Source: an uncultured Bacilli bacterium (GTDB lineage: Bacteria > Bacillota_I > Bacilli_A > RF39 > UBA660). Taken from it: DNA of 60,359 nucleotides. Both the position numbers and the translations under genes were made by a program. Positions 47,745 through 59,248 of this stretch are shown here, one piece after another (the first letter of the stretch is position 1; every line of letters begins with the position of its first letter). Location of the stretch: contig CALVRE010000008.1 of assembly GCA_944358455.1 (NCBI GenBank), forward strand, positions 1 to 60,359, given 5' to 3'. The notes under the pieces were generated by a model that saw only the letters and a list, made by a program, of their open reading frames with translations, searched no databases and was not told where the DNA came from.

Positions 47745-48287
47745 ATGATAAATAAAAGAAGTTTATGGTTTCTAACACTCTTTAGTTTAATTTTGGTACT
47801 TAGTGTTTATTATGTCACAATGCCATCTGAATTATTGTTAGGGAATAATAGTAATTATCTCGAAACGAATCAATCAGAAGAAAATGACAATCCAGATGCC
47901 AATACCAATACGACTGAGGAACCAACTGTTCAAATCGAAGAAAGTGATATTCTAACTGCTTTAAGAGTGGAAGCAAATGATCAAATGTTGAGTGAAATGG
48001 ATGAATTAAAAGCCATTCTAACGAATGAAGACTCTACTGTCGACGAAAAGAATAATGCTTTTGAAAAGATGAAAGAACTCAATATTACCAGAGGAGAAGA
48101 AGAAGCATTAGAAAAGAAAATTCAAGATGAATTTCAACTCCAGGCTTTTGTCAAAATCGATGGAGATCAAATCCGCGTCGTCGTGGCAAGTGACGAACAT
48201 GATGAGACACTGGCAAATAACATTATGAGAAGCATTCAGAGTAATTATGACAAAAAGATGTATATCTCTGTCAAATTTCAAAAATAA
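47745..48287 (+). CDS. spoIIIAH: SpoIIIAH-like protein
   Basis: N-terminus KRSLWFLTLFSLILVLSVYYVTMP closely resembles Bacillus SpoIIIAH; C-terminal AFVKIDGDQIRVVV. Confidence 0.85.
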   Translation: MINKRSLWFLTLFSLILVLSVYYVTMPSELLLGNNSNYLETNQSEENDNPDANTNTTEEPTVQIEESDILTALRVEANDQMLSEMDELKAILTNEDSTVDEKNNAFEKMKELNITRGEEEALEKKIQDEFQLQAFVKIDGDQIRVVVASDEHDETLANNIMRSIQSNYDKKMYISVKFQK

Positions 48288-48332
48288 CCTCGATAAGAGG
48301 TTTTTTCGAATCGTGAACTAGGCTATTTCGCT

Positions 48333-48360
48333 CACATAAAAGGGATTCACTCATAAAATA
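48333..48360 (+). promoter_or_regulatory. Sigma-K-like promoter for gerE
   Basis: CAC-16nt-CATAAAATA. Confidence 0.55.
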
Positions 48361-48393
48361 ATATGAGTAAATAGTAACCACCCAACTTAGGAA

Positions 48394-48612
48394 GTGAGGG
48401 AAATAATGAATAAGAGTATTCTAACCAAAAGAGAAAAAGAAGTCTTTGAATTATTAATATTAAATAAGACAACTGCCGAGATAGCGGATCATTTAGGAAT
48501 TAGTGAAAAAACAGTTCGAAATCATATATCGAATGCGATGCAGAAGCTAGGGGTAAAAGGTAGAGCAGGGGCCGTGGTAGAACTTTTAAAACTTGGAGAA
48601 CTTTCATTATAA
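48394..48612 (+). CDS. gerE: Sporulation LuxR-type regulator GerE
   Basis: LTKREKEVFELL...ISEKTVRNHISNAMQKLGVKGR..AVVELL..GEL.L is nearly the B. subtilis GerE sequence. Confidence 0.92.
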   Translation: MREIMNKSILTKREKEVFELLILNKTTAEIADHLGISEKTVRNHISNAMQKLGVKGRAGAVVELLKLGELSL

Positions 48613-48662
48613 AGATTGCATGAAAATGCAATCTTTTTCATAATATTAGTTAGAGGTGATTT

Positions 48663-49634
48663 ATGTTAAAACGAATAGCGTCTAAAAAAATAATCGTCAT
48701 AGCGTCTGCTTTATTTGCCCTCTTTCTAATTTATTTAGTCCCAAAGGAAGATCCAATTAGCCTTTATGAACAGATACCAAAAGATTTGGAATATGTAAGT
48801 GGAGATGTGAAGACGAGCGAAGTTTATCTTCTAACAAACACGGGATTATTAGGACGAGCAACATTTGTAACCAGTACATCTGATTTGAGTGTTGAGGAAA
48901 AAGCAAGAGAGGCAATCGAATTACTGATCCAAGATGGAAAAGGAGAAAGTAAAGTACCAAATGGATTTAAAGCGGTTCTTCCAAGTGATACGAAAATCAT
49001 CAGTATTGCTTATGAAGATTCTGTAATCAAAGTGAATTTTTCGAAAGAACTATTAGATGTAAAAAAAGAAGAGGAAGAAACCATTATTGAAGCGATTGTA
49101 TATTCTCTTACGGAAATACCGGAAATTGAAAAAGTAATATTGTTTTTAGAAGGAGATATCTTAGATAAATTACCACAATCGAATATTACACTCCCATCGA
49201 CTTTAGATCGTGATTTTGGTATCAATAAACAATATGAATTTCATACTTTAGAAGATATTACGCAAGTAACGATCTATTATATCGACAAATATAATGATAA
49301 CTATTATTATGTACCAGTAACCAAATACATGAATGATGATCGAGAAAAGATTAAGATCATTATTGATGAATTGACAAGTAGTCCTTTAGTTGGAACCAAT
49401 TTAATGAGCTTTTTAAGTAGCAATGCCAAATTACTGGCTGTCGAGCAAATAGAAGATACCTTAGAATTAGAATTCAATTCTTATATTTTCGACAATATCG
49501 AAGAGAAAAATATTCTAGAAGAAGTCATTTATACTATCTCTTTGTCGGTTGCTGATAATTACGATGTCGAAGAAGTGGTCTTTCAAGTAGGAAATGAAGA
49601 AGTATATAAAAGTGTTTTAAAGGAGATTAATTGA
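48663..49634 (+). CDS. gerM: GerM-like protein (two GerMN domains)
   Basis: PNGFKAVLPSDT, AIVYSLTE, R.FGIN and YYYVPVT motifs. Confidence 0.85.
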   Translation: MLKRIASKKIIVIASALFALFLIYLVPKEDPISLYEQIPKDLEYVSGDVKTSEVYLLTNTGLLGRATFVTSTSDLSVEEKAREAIELLIQDGKGESKVPNGFKAVLPSDTKIISIAYEDSVIKVNFSKELLDVKKEEEETIIEAIVYSLTEIPEIEKVILFLEGDILDKLPQSNITLPSTLDRDFGINKQYEFHTLEDITQVTIYYIDKYNDNYYYVPVTKYMNDDREKIKIIIDELTSSPLVGTNLMSFLSSNAKLLAVEQIEDTLELEFNSYIFDNIEEKNILEEVIYTISLSVADNYDVEEVVFQVGNEEVYKSVLKEIN

Positions 49635-49713
49635 TCTCCTTTTTCTTTGAATTTGACAAAAATACTTGAAAACTTTCTTTTTTTATTGTATAATCATTTT
49701 GTTCCAAGAGTTT

Positions 49714-49790
<77 letters not shown>

Positions 49791-50018
49791 TAGGGAAATT
49801 AGTCGAACGAATCGACTTTAAATATGTGAAAGGTTAATTTTGATTAACCTTTTTTATTTGTTTAAAAGAAGCTCGATAGTGATATCATGAGCAATATTTA
49901 TATGATGATTTATAGAATAAAGATTATGATTATCAGTATTTAAAAAGACGAGCCAATTTCAAATGCTCGTCTTTAATAGACTGTTTATTCCAAAATAATA
50001 ACACATTACACTATGCTA

Positions 50019-50729
50019 TTATATTTTTTTGGGGATGGAATTTATATTATTGAAGTCATTATTTTGTTCTGATAAATTTGAAGTTAATGAATTATTTTGT
50101 AAATTTGACTTTTGAAAATTTAAATTTTTATTTTTCTTTTTTTGACTATATGTGTCCACTACTTGTTTACAACTATTATCAATACCTCCATTGTCATTTA
50201 AGAAAGTTCTTACTTTTTTTGATTTCCAAGAAATAGAAGAGGTGGGACCCCAACAAGTAAAAGAATCAATGTTATAAGTTGCAGAACAATCTAATACGGT
50301 TCTAAAAACCCTGTTTACTTGTACATCATCTTGATTATCAATTTTAGTAACATCCATTTCAGAAACTTGCAAACGTTTTCTAGTGTGTGATAAATCAGCG
50401 TAAGCCTCTTTTATTTCTTCGTCTGTAGTATACTCATGATAATGAGATTGTAATCCTATTGAATCAAGTAATATAGTGCCAGTAATGGCCTCTTCTTGTT
50501 TAATGTCATTAATGATTGATATCATTCTTTTTCTTTTTTCTTGATTAGTTTCATCATATTCATTATATGCTAAATTTGAATGAGGAAAATTTTTCCTTGC
50601 TAGTTTTAAAACTGTTAGGTAATAATCATCTCCTAGCTTTTGTTTCCATTTTGAATTGCGTAAAATAATTCCTTGTTTAAATTCTTCAGAATGAATATCT
50701 GCAACTATTTCTTTTAAAACGAACCTTAA
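50019..50729 (-). pseudogene. 5'-truncated GH10 (endo-xylanase-like) gene remnant
   Basis: The frame stays open 68 codons upstream of the track's ATG. It reads RNSKW...LGDDY...AR..FP..NLAYNEY, then IGLQSH, LQVSEMDV and FTCWG...SW. The N-terminal half of the barrel is missing. Confidence 0.75.
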
Positions 50730-50877
50730 TTAAAGTTACCAAACTTGTATAACTCACGCACCATAATAGAATTTGCTTGAACTTTTTATAAGTTCGGGTT
50801 TTTTATAAAAAAAGTGGAGATAACTTGGCATTTGCGAAAGATAGGATATATGTTATAATTTAAAAAGGAGAGAGTGT

Positions 50878-51927
50878 ATGTTGGAAAATAAGAAATGGGT
50901 TATTATAATGTTAGTACTAGGCATGATGATGATAACTGGATGTGGGAATGAGAAGACGGGAAAGGAAATATTGGAAACATTAGAATATAATGATTATCAG
51001 GTTACTTATCAATTTTCTCCCTATGGAAACACTTATGATATCGATAGAACATGTTATGATTATGATGGTAAAGAAACGACATGTATTCGAGAATTGGTAG
51101 ATGATGAGTGGACTTCTATAACGATTGATGTGGTAAGTAAACTAGATTCCAATCGATTATGGAGGATATCTGCAAGCGATGATAATGGTATATTATCTTA
51201 TACGGATGAAAACCAAGATGGGTCTTTTACTTACATGAAGGCAGAGAATGGATCGGAAGTAAACGTTTATTTTGATGGAACTGATTCTACTTCTTGTACT
51301 TATATGATTAAAACGAATGCTAGTGTTGAATTTTGGGAAAAATGTACGCGTTCACAAGAACAGAAAATAGAAGTCTTTTTGAATGAAATGCAAACAGAAT
51401 TGAAGGACATGGGTATTACTGAAAAAGATTTATTTACGCTAGGTCGCTATCTTGTTAGCGAATATGGGGAACCACATCGAGAGGAGTTAAAAAATAACGA
51501 TCGCGAATTATCGAATGAAGAAACGGAAACAATCATCGAAGAAAGAGGATTTCTGGTAGAAAAGAGTAGTTATAGCACCTACGATGTCGTCTTGTTATCC
51601 GATTCCTTTAATCGTCTTTTCTTCTTTATTGCGGATGATGAGGTTGCTTTCGTTGGTTATAATTTTTTAGTCTATGACGTAAGTTTATATATTTTTCCTA
51701 GTTCAAATACTGTTGCTGCGATATCCGATAGTGAATCATGTCAATACAATATGATCATATCTGGTCAAGAGGTGAATCAAGTCGAAGAGGGATCTAGTTG
51801 TACGGAAGAAGAAATAAGCGATATTAAGATGATTAGGGAACATTATGATATATTACTCAAAAATGGATTAGGACTAAAGGAATCGGAATTATTTGCTTTC
51901 GCAATTTACTATAATCAAACTTATTAA
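50878..51927 (+). CDS. Acidic lipoprotein with an internal duplication
   Basis: Lipobox ITGC; two SC.Y...CT..E...I...G..E..LF units. Confidence 0.75.
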   Translation: MLENKKWVIIMLVLGMMMITGCGNEKTGKEILETLEYNDYQVTYQFSPYGNTYDIDRTCYDYDGKETTCIRELVDDEWTSITIDVVSKLDSNRLWRISASDDNGILSYTDENQDGSFTYMKAENGSEVNVYFDGTDSTSCTYMIKTNASVEFWEKCTRSQEQKIEVFLNEMQTELKDMGITEKDLFTLGRYLVSEYGEPHREELKNNDRELSNEETETIIEERGFLVEKSSYSTYDVVLLSDSFNRLFFFIADDEVAFVGYNFLVYDVSLYIFPSSNTVAAISDSESCQYNMIISGQEVNQVEEGSSCTEEEISDIKMIREHYDILLKNGLGLKESELFAFAIYYNQTY

Positions 51928-52067
51928 TCGAAGATATAAAAGACACTTGTTTAAAAAAACAAGTGTTTTTTTGGTTATAAGTTATGACTTTACTTTACAC
52001 TTCTAGATTGGTTATCATTTCTTTATATTCACGATTTTGTTATAATGAAAGTGGAAGGTAGGGTTTT

Positions 52068-53444
52068 ATGAAAATAGATACAAATATTAAGAAAGAAATT
52101 TTTAGAGAATATGATTTGAGAGGAATTTATGAAGAAGATTTAACAGAAGATGTCGCTTATACGTTAGGAAGAAGTTATGCCTCTTATATCGAAGGAGATA
52201 AAGTGGTAATTGGCTATGATAATCGCGTATCATCGCCAGTTTTAAGTCAGGCATTGATGCATGGACTTATGGATAGTGGAGCCCATGTCATCAATTTAGG
52301 AATGGTAACGACACCGATGTTTTACTTTGCGAAAAAGTATTTAAAAATACCAACTGGTATTATGGTAACAGCAAGTCATAATCCTGGTATTTATAATGGA
52401 TTTAAATTATCGTTTACAGAGATTGGAAATGCTTGTGGTGATGAAATTCGTGACTTTTATGACTTTACAGTAAAAGGAAATTATAAGGAAGGTATGGGAA
52501 ACATCGAATCATATGACATTAAGACTGCTTATTTGGAAGAGATAAAAAGTTCGATTCAGCTGGGAAATCGTAAATTAAAAGTGGTAGTTGATTTAGGAAA
52601 TGGTGTTGCTTCTGTTATTGTGAAACAAGTTTTAGATTTATTTGGAATCGAATATTATATTATGAACGAAAAGAAAGATTTGAGTGTGGTAAGTAATTAT
52701 TTAGATCCATCTAAGAAGAGTTTGATGATACCTTTAGAAGAAAAAGTAAAAGAATTGGGATATGATATTGGTATTGGACTGGATGGAGATGCGGATCGAG
52801 TAGGATTAGTCGATGAGAAAGGTAATCATGTATCGACAGAGAATTATATGATTATCATGTATCGAGAGCTCAATAAAACACTTCCTCTCAAGAAAGCTTT
52901 ATTCGATGTAAAATGTTCGAAAACATTAATAGAAGAGATTACACGCCTAGGATTAAAGCCAGTTATGTATCGAACAGGAAATTCTTATGTTGGAAGAAAG
53001 ATGATCGAAGACGATTTCTTGTTTGGGGGAGAATTTTCAGGGCACATGTTTTTCCGTGATAAATGGAAAGGCTTTGACGATGGATTATACAATGGCCTTC
53101 GTATGGTAGAATTACTTTCGCATACGGATCAAACATTGAGTCAGTTATACGATGATGTTCCGATTCTTTATCAGACGGAAGAGTTACTGTTTCCTGTATC
53201 AGAAAAGATTAAATTTCAAGTTGTCGATGCAATCAAAGAAGAAGCAGAGAAAAGACATCTATCGATGATTACGATCGACGGTATTCGTGTTACGATGGAA
53301 AGCTTTTGGTTTTTAATTCGTGCAAGTAATACGAGTCCTAACTTAACGGTAAGAATTGAAGCAGATGATCCGGAGACTTTGAAACAGGTAACCGAAGTAT
53401 TGACACGTGATTTAAATCATTTTATTGAGAATTACCAAGCGTAA
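52068..53444 (+). CDS. Phosphomannomutase/phosphoglucomutase
   Basis: FREYDLRG, TASHNP, DGDADR, GEFSGH and RASNT motifs. Confidence 0.93.
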   Translation: MKIDTNIKKEIFREYDLRGIYEEDLTEDVAYTLGRSYASYIEGDKVVIGYDNRVSSPVLSQALMHGLMDSGAHVINLGMVTTPMFYFAKKYLKIPTGIMVTASHNPGIYNGFKLSFTEIGNACGDEIRDFYDFTVKGNYKEGMGNIESYDIKTAYLEEIKSSIQLGNRKLKVVVDLGNGVASVIVKQVLDLFGIEYYIMNEKKDLSVVSNYLDPSKKSLMIPLEEKVKELGYDIGIGLDGDADRVGLVDEKGNHVSTENYMIIMYRELNKTLPLKKALFDVKCSKTLIEEITRLGLKPVMYRTGNSYVGRKMIEDDFLFGGEFSGHMFFRDKWKGFDDGLYNGLRMVELLSHTDQTLSQLYDDVPILYQTEELLFPVSEKIKFQVVDAIKEEAEKRHLSMITIDGIRVTMESFWFLIRASNTSPNLTVRIEADDPETLKQVTEVLTRDLNHFIENYQA

Positions 53445-53506
53445 TTCTTTTTTTGTCATAAAAATTTCTTCTAAATTTCAGAAAATGTTCACATCATTTA
53501 TCTATA

Positions 53507-54571
53507 ATGAAAGAAAAGGAGAAAAATATGAAAGAAAAAAAGAAATCAGTAAAAAAAGAGACGTTAGAAACAAATTCATGGAAGGGAAAAATAAAAAAAG
53601 TACGGAATTTTATCGATCAAAATTTTCGTACTCTCGTGATTGTTTTTTTTATCGTGACATTTATTTTAAATGTTTTTGTATTGTCACAGACAAGAAAGAT
53701 TCATTTGTTAGATGGAAAACAGGTGATTGCTAGCATCGATGATTACGATGTTACAGCCGAAGAAGTATTTGAAGCGATGAAAGAATACTATGGGACGACG
53801 ACACTTACGAATATCATCGACGAGTTGATCGCGGATCGTGAAATTGAAGAGACAGAAGAACTCATAGAAGAAGCCCAAGAAGAGGTTGATTCGATTCGAA
53901 GTCAATATGAAACATATGGTTATGATTTCGCTGAAGTATTAACTAGTTATGGTTATGCCAATGAGGCCTCTTTACGTAACGAAATTTTAATTGATCTGAA
54001 AAAAGAAGAAGTAGTGAAAAACTATTTGAAAGCAGAACTTACAGAAGAAGAGATTGAGGATTATTACGATAATGAAATAACCGATCAATATACGGTCAAA
54101 CATATTTTAATTTCTGCTGATAGTACTGATGCAGATGCTATGGCGGAAGCAAAAAGCACAGCCGAAGAAGTCATACAACAGTTACAAAATGGAGAAGAGT
54201 GGGCGACCTTGGTAGAAGAATATTCGGATGATACTAGTACGGTTAGTACAGAGGGTTTGATTGAAAATTTTATGAAAGGAGATGTTGTGGATAGCTTTTA
54301 TGAAGCTTCTAGTAATCTAGAAGATGGAACTTACACGATGGAACCAGTAGAATCCGAATATGGATATCATATTATTTATCGTATTAGTAAACAAGAAAAA
54401 GAAGCGTTAGAATTGATCAAAGAAGAAGTAATGGATGCTATTGTAACGGAAAGGCTAGAACTGGATACCGGTTTAGTGAATACAACATGGCTTACGATAC
54501 GTTCTAATTATCACTTCACTATCTACGACGATATATTAAAATCTCTTTATGATCAAACAATTAGTGAATAA
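53507..54571 (+). CDS. PrsA-like parvulin peptidyl-prolyl isomerase (TM-anchored)
   Basis: VKHILI, EYSDD and PVESEYGYHII motifs. N-terminal TM with no lipobox. Confidence 0.85.
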   Translation: MKEKEKNMKEKKKSVKKETLETNSWKGKIKKVRNFIDQNFRTLVIVFFIVTFILNVFVLSQTRKIHLLDGKQVIASIDDYDVTAEEVFEAMKEYYGTTTLTNIIDELIADREIEETEELIEEAQEEVDSIRSQYETYGYDFAEVLTSYGYANEASLRNEILIDLKKEEVVKNYLKAELTEEEIEDYYDNEITDQYTVKHILISADSTDADAMAEAKSTAEEVIQQLQNGEEWATLVEEYSDDTSTVSTEGLIENFMKGDVVDSFYEASSNLEDGTYTMEPVESEYGYHIIYRISKQEKEALELIKEEVMDAIVTERLELDTGLVNTTWLTIRSNYHFTIYDDILKSLYDQTISE

Positions 54572-54639
54572 AAATCAGAAAGATGACAATAAGATGTCAT
54601 TTTTTCTTGGAAGAGTAGATTCACGAGACAAAATATGTT

Positions 54640-54972
54640 ATGATAATAATATCAAAAAGGAGTATGCATATGGATTTAATGATTTTATTAATATTAGTAA
54701 TTGTTATCGTAATTATTTTTAAGGATACTAAGAGTTTGGTTTATGCACTAGGAATTGCGGATATCTTTATGAGACTTGTTCATTTTATTAAAGTACAAGT
54801 TGATGTTCCTGAATTTTCCGCTTTAATTAATAATTATATTCCGACCAGTTTGGTTGGTATCATCAATAAATATTCAGAAGGTATCTTCAATATCATTTTA
54901 TCTTGGATGTATATTGTGGTAATTGCCATGTTCTTATTCTATTTAGTAAAATATTTAATCAAACGTAAATAA
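54640..54972 (+). CDS. Hypothetical membrane protein
   Basis: Three hydrophobic segments. The true start is probably near 54670. Confidence 0.7.
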   Translation: MIIISKRSMHMDLMILLILVIVIVIIFKDTKSLVYALGIADIFMRLVHFIKVQVDVPEFSALINNYIPTSLVGIINKYSEGIFNIILSWMYIVVIAMFLFYLVKYLIKRK

Positions 54973-55031
54973 GTACAAACATTTGTACTTTTTTATTGTA
55001 AAAATATGATATAATGAAGATGGTGGTTAAT

Positions 55032-55589
55032 ATGTATGGATATATAAAAGGAATTGTAACAGAAATAGAAAGTACCTATATTATTTTAGAAAATAATGGC
55101 ATTGGTTATCTTATCTATACGGCTAATCCCTATGCTTTTAAAGAACAAGAAGAAACAAAAGTATACTTATATAATCAAATAAGAGAAGATGAAAATACAT
55201 TATATGGTTTTACTAGTAAAGAAGAAAAAGATTTGTTTTTAAAGTTGATCGATGTCAAAGGATTGGGACCTAAGATGGCGCTTCCAATGCTCGCAACCGA
55301 TTCGATCAATGGTATTGTCGATGCGATTGAAAGAGAAAATATTTTGTACTTGAAAAAATTTCCAAAAATAGGAGATAAGGTCGCACGTCAAATTATTTTG
55401 GATCTAAAAGGAAAATTAGTGGCTGGTGCAACATCAAATGGTATTCCGAATAACTATGATGAACTGATCGATGTACTCAAAGGTCTAGGATATAAGCCAG
55501 GTGATATTAAACATGTTTTACCACAGATTGATACAACGAAGCCAATTGAAGAACAGATTAAAGAAGCACTGAAATTAATGCTTCGTTGA
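55032..55589 (+). CDS. ruvA: Holliday junction DNA-binding protein RuvA
   Basis: GIGY, REDENTLYGF, VKGLGPK and PKIGDKVARQIILDL motifs. Confidence 0.95.
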   Translation: MYGYIKGIVTEIESTYIILENNGIGYLIYTANPYAFKEQEETKVYLYNQIREDENTLYGFTSKEEKDLFLKLIDVKGLGPKMALPMLATDSINGIVDAIERENILYLKKFPKIGDKVARQIILDLKGKLVAGATSNGIPNNYDELIDVLKGLGYKPGDIKHVLPQIDTTKPIEEQIKEALKLMLR

Positions 55590-55635
55590 AAGAACGAAAG
55601 AAACGAATTTTGATATAATATATTAGGAGGGTTTT

Positions 55636-56010
55636 ATGGAAAAAAAGTCGAAGGAGATTCTTTGCCAATTAAGAGAAACATTAAAAGATTATAAAGAGTA
55701 TTTATTATTTGTCAGTGGTGATTTTAACTTTGAAAATTCCGAAATGGAACATGGATTTGGCGTCGATCCTAATCAACGAATCTACATGCTTCCTGGCGTA
55801 GGAAAAGTTTATACAGATGGAAAAATGACAAAAGAAACACTCGTTTGTAAATTAGGAAAGATGCGTAAGGAATATCTCGTTTGTGATATTAAAGATGCGA
55901 CTTGGAACTTACTGATCGATTATCCTAGGACTGGTACGATGACCGTTCAAGTAAACGATCATGAGGTAATCAAGTGTTTAAGAAAAGATAATAGATACCA
56001 TCAAATATAA
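55636..56010 (+). CDS. Hypothetical protein between ruvA and ruvB
   Basis: RBS AGGAGG with an upstream TGATATAAT; 124 aa. Confidence 0.7.
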   Translation: MEKKSKEILCQLRETLKDYKEYLLFVSGDFNFENSEMEHGFGVDPNQRIYMLPGVGKVYTDGKMTKETLVCKLGKMRKEYLVCDIKDATWNLLIDYPRTGTMTVQVNDHEVIKCLRKDNRYHQI

Positions 56011-56030
56011 AGTGAGATAGAGGTGATACG

Positions 56031-57035
56031 ATGGACGAGAGAATCATTACGAATCATCCATTAGAAGAAGATCAATTTGAAGCAAGTATTCGTCCAGATA
56101 GTATTGATGAATACATTGGTCAAAAAGAAGTAAAAGAAAATTTAGAAATATTTATCAAAGCGGCTAAGATGCGTGGGGAAACGCTTGATCATGTTTTACT
56201 CTATGGTCCCCCAGGACTTGGAAAGACGACACTCGCATATATTATTGCAAATGAAATGGGAGTGAATATCAAAACAGCTAGTGGCCCATCAATCGAAAAA
56301 AGTGGTGATTTGGCAGCAGTACTATCTTCCTTAGAACCAGGAGATGTATTATTTATCGATGAAATTCATCGTATGCCACGTTATATAGAAGAGATTTTAT
56401 ATCCTGCCATGGAAGATTTTACTTTAGATATCATTGTCGGTAGTGACTCTAGTACTCGTAATATTAGAATCGATCTTCCACCATTTACGCTAGTAGGAGC
56501 AACCACGCGAGCAGGGGATTTGACAGGCCCACTTCGCGATCGCTTTGGAATTGTATCAAAATTACAATTTTATACGATCGAAGAATTGACACAAATTGTG
56601 AAAAGAACAGCCCGAGTATTAGGGTGTGAAATTGATGAAGAAGCAGCTTTAGAACTAGCAAGTCGTAGTAGAGGCACACCACGTATTGCCAATCGTCTTT
56701 TAAAACGTGTCCGCGATTTTGCACTTGTGTTGGGAAATGGAACGATTGATTTAGATATTACGAAACATGCATTGGATAAATTAAAAGTAGATCGCTTAGG
56801 TTTAGACGATACTGATTATCATTTGTTAAAATCCATCATTGAGAAATTTAACGGTGGTCCAGTTGGCATTGAAGCGATTGCTTCTAGTATTGGTGAGGAA
56901 CAAACGACGATCGAAGATGTATACGAGCCATATCTACTTCAAATTGGTTTTTTAAAGAGAACGACAAGAGGAAGAGTCGTAACTGAAAAAGCGTACGAAC
57001 ACTTAGGTATTAAAAGACAAGGTAGTTTGTTTTAG
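56031..57035 (+). CDS. ruvB: Holliday junction helicase RuvB
   Basis: [23 protein letters not shown] and [11 protein letters not shown] motifs. Confidence 0.98.
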   Translation: MDERIITNHPLEEDQFEASIRPDSIDEYIGQKEVKENLEIFIKAAKMRGETLDHVLLYGPPGLGKTTLAYIIANEMGVNIKTASGPSIEKSGDLAAVLSSLEPGDVLFIDEIHRMPRYIEEILYPAMEDFTLDIIVGSDSSTRNIRIDLPPFTLVGATTRAGDLTGPLRDRFGIVSKLQFYTIEELTQIVKRTARVLGCEIDEEAALELASRSRGTPRIANRLLKRVRDFALVLGNGTIDLDITKHALDKLKVDRLGLDDTDYHLLKSIIEKFNGGPVGIEAIASSIGEEQTTIEDVYEPYLLQIGFLKRTTRGRVVTEKAYEHLGIKRQGSLF

Positions 57036-57329
57036 AATATATCTTGTAAACATGATATAGATTTGTTGCAATACAAACAGAATGAAATAATAAAATGATG
57101 TACATGAAGAGGGAGTAATATTTACCCCTCTTTTTTGTTAAAAAGCATCTAGTTATTAACTTGAAAAGTGAGACTATACTAGAGGAATTTGGAACAAGTA
57201 TGGATTCCTACCGCACTCTCGATTAAAATTTGATCGATCATGAGCTAGAACATAAAATAGGAAAAAAGTAATCCTATGATTGCTTTTTTTGTAATGAAAA
57301 GGTAAAATAGGTATGAATTGAGGTGGATT

Positions 57330-58367
57330 ATGAAAACAGATGACTTTGATTACGAATTACCAGAACGATTGATTGCGCAAACACCACTTAAAAATCGTGA
57401 TGCTTCACGTTTATTGGTTTTGGATAAAAAAACTGGAAAGATGGAACATCGCCATTTCCATGATATTATTGATTATCTACATCCTGGTGATGTACTATGC
57501 TTGAACGATACGAAAGTGATTCCAGCAAGACTTTATGGAGTCAAAGAAGACACTCATGCTCATATTGAAATATTGATGTTGAAAGAATGTGGAAACGATA
57601 CTTGGGAATGTCTAGCAAAGCCTGCAAAACGAGTGAAAGTTGGAACAGTTATTGATTTTGGAGAAGGGAAGTTAAAAGCGGAATGTTTAGAAGAACGTGA
57701 AGATGGAATCCGTATTTTAAAATTGCAATATCAAGGGATTTTATATGAGGTGTTAGATGAACTTGGAGAAATGCCATTACCACCTTATATCCATGAAAAA
57801 TTAAAAGATCAAAATCGTTATCAAACAGTATATGCAAAGAATGAAGGAAGTGCAGCTGCACCAACAGCTGGACTACATTTTACGAAAGAACTATTAGAGG
57901 AAATAAAAGCAAAAGGAGTTCAGATTGTCACGATCACCCTTCATGTTGGACTTGGAACTTTTCGACCAGTGAATGTCGAAGATGTAACGAAGCATAAGAT
58001 GCATTCTGAATTTTATATGATGAGTGAGGAAACAGCTCAAATTTTGAACCGTGCGAAAGCGGAACATCGTCGTATCATCAGTGTTGGAACGACTTCAGTT
58101 CGCACTTTAGAGACCATTATGCATGAATATGGTACTTTTAAAGAATGTAGTGGTTGGACCGATATTTTTATCTATCCAGGATTTGAATTTCAAGCGATTG
58201 ACAGTTTGATTACGAATTTTCATTTACCTAAATCAACACTCGTGATGTTAGTGAGTGCCTTAGCCGGAAAAGAACATATTTTAAATGCTTACCAGGAGGC
58301 TGTCAGGGAAGATTATCGTTTCTTCTCATTTGGTGACAGTATGTTTATTACGGATTTATGCAAGTAA
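57330..58367 (+). CDS. queA: SAM:tRNA ribosyltransferase-isomerase
   Basis: [33 protein letters not shown] and YRFFSFGD motifs. Confidence 0.97.
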   Translation: MKTDDFDYELPERLIAQTPLKNRDASRLLVLDKKTGKMEHRHFHDIIDYLHPGDVLCLNDTKVIPARLYGVKEDTHAHIEILMLKECGNDTWECLAKPAKRVKVGTVIDFGEGKLKAECLEEREDGIRILKLQYQGILYEVLDELGEMPLPPYIHEKLKDQNRYQTVYAKNEGSAAAPTAGLHFTKELLEEIKAKGVQIVTITLHVGLGTFRPVNVEDVTKHKMHSEFYMMSEETAQILNRAKAEHRRIISVGTTSVRTLETIMHEYGTFKECSGWTDIFIYPGFEFQAIDSLITNFHLPKSTLVMLVSALAGKEHILNAYQEAVREDYRFFSFGDSMFITDLCK

Positions 58368-59248
58368 TTGTGATAGTAGGACCTACTGGTGTTGGAAAAA
58401 CAAAGTTGAGTGTCGAACTGGCGAAACGGTTAGATGGAGAAATTATCAATGCGGATTCAACACAGATTTATAAAGGATTAAATATTGCTACAGCCAAAGT
58501 GACTGAGGAAGAAACATCCGGTATTCCTCATCATTTATTCGATATCAGAGAAGTGACAGAAGAATATACGGTTTTTGATTATCAAAAAGATTGTCGTAGA
58601 CAAATCGAAGAAATTACTTTGAGAGGAAAAATCCCTATCTTAGTAGGTGGTACAGGCTTATATATCAAAGCTGCTCTTTATGACTATCAGTTTACACAAG
58701 AATCAAATCAATATGACTATGCAAAAGAGACGACAGAAGAATTATGGATGATGCTAAAAGAAAAAGATCCTCATACACAGATACATCCTCATAATCGAAA
58801 ACGTATGATCCGTGCTTTGCAATATATGGATCAAGTAGGGAAGCCTTATAGCGAAAAGGAAAAAACAAATACACTTTTATATGATACCTTCTTTGTTGGA
58901 TTAACGACGGATCGAGAATATCTTTATATGCGAATTAACGAACGTGTTGATCAAATGGTAGCTGATGGTTTAATTGAAGAAGCAAAAAAGATTTATGATT
59001 CTAACATACGTACGAAGGCTATTATGACTCCGATCGGTTATAAAGAATTATTTCCTTATTTTGAAAAGAATAAAACACTAAAAGAATGTCTAGAAGAGAT
59101 AAAACTACATAGTCGTCATTATGCGAAAAGGCAATATACATGGTTTCGTAATCAAATGCCTGTAACTTGGTTTTCTGTCGATTTTGAATATTTTCAAAAT
59201 ACGATCGATGAAGTGATAGAAAAGATAAGGAATCACTATGAATCATGA
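58358..59248 (+). CDS. miaA: tRNA dimethylallyltransferase
   Basis: [22 protein letters not shown] and YAKRQYTW motifs. Confidence 0.97.
   Translation: MQVIVIVGPTGVGKTKLSVELAKRLDGEIINADSTQIYKGLNIATAKVTEEETSGIPHHLFDIREVTEEYTVFDYQKDCRRQIEEITLRGKIPILVGGTGLYIKAALYDYQFTQESNQYDYAKETTEELWMMLKEKDPHTQIHPHNRKRMIRALQYMDQVGKPYSEKEKTNTLLYDTFFVGLTTDREYLYMRINERVDQMVADGLIEEAKKIYDSNIRTKAIMTPIGYKELFPYFEKNKTLKECLEEIKLHSRHYAKRQYTWFRNQMPVTWFSVDFEYFQNTIDEVIEKIRNHYES

Noticed and set aside
57140-57329. preQ1 riboswitch upstream of queA
   Set aside because: I could not find the stem-loop plus A-rich tail consensus.
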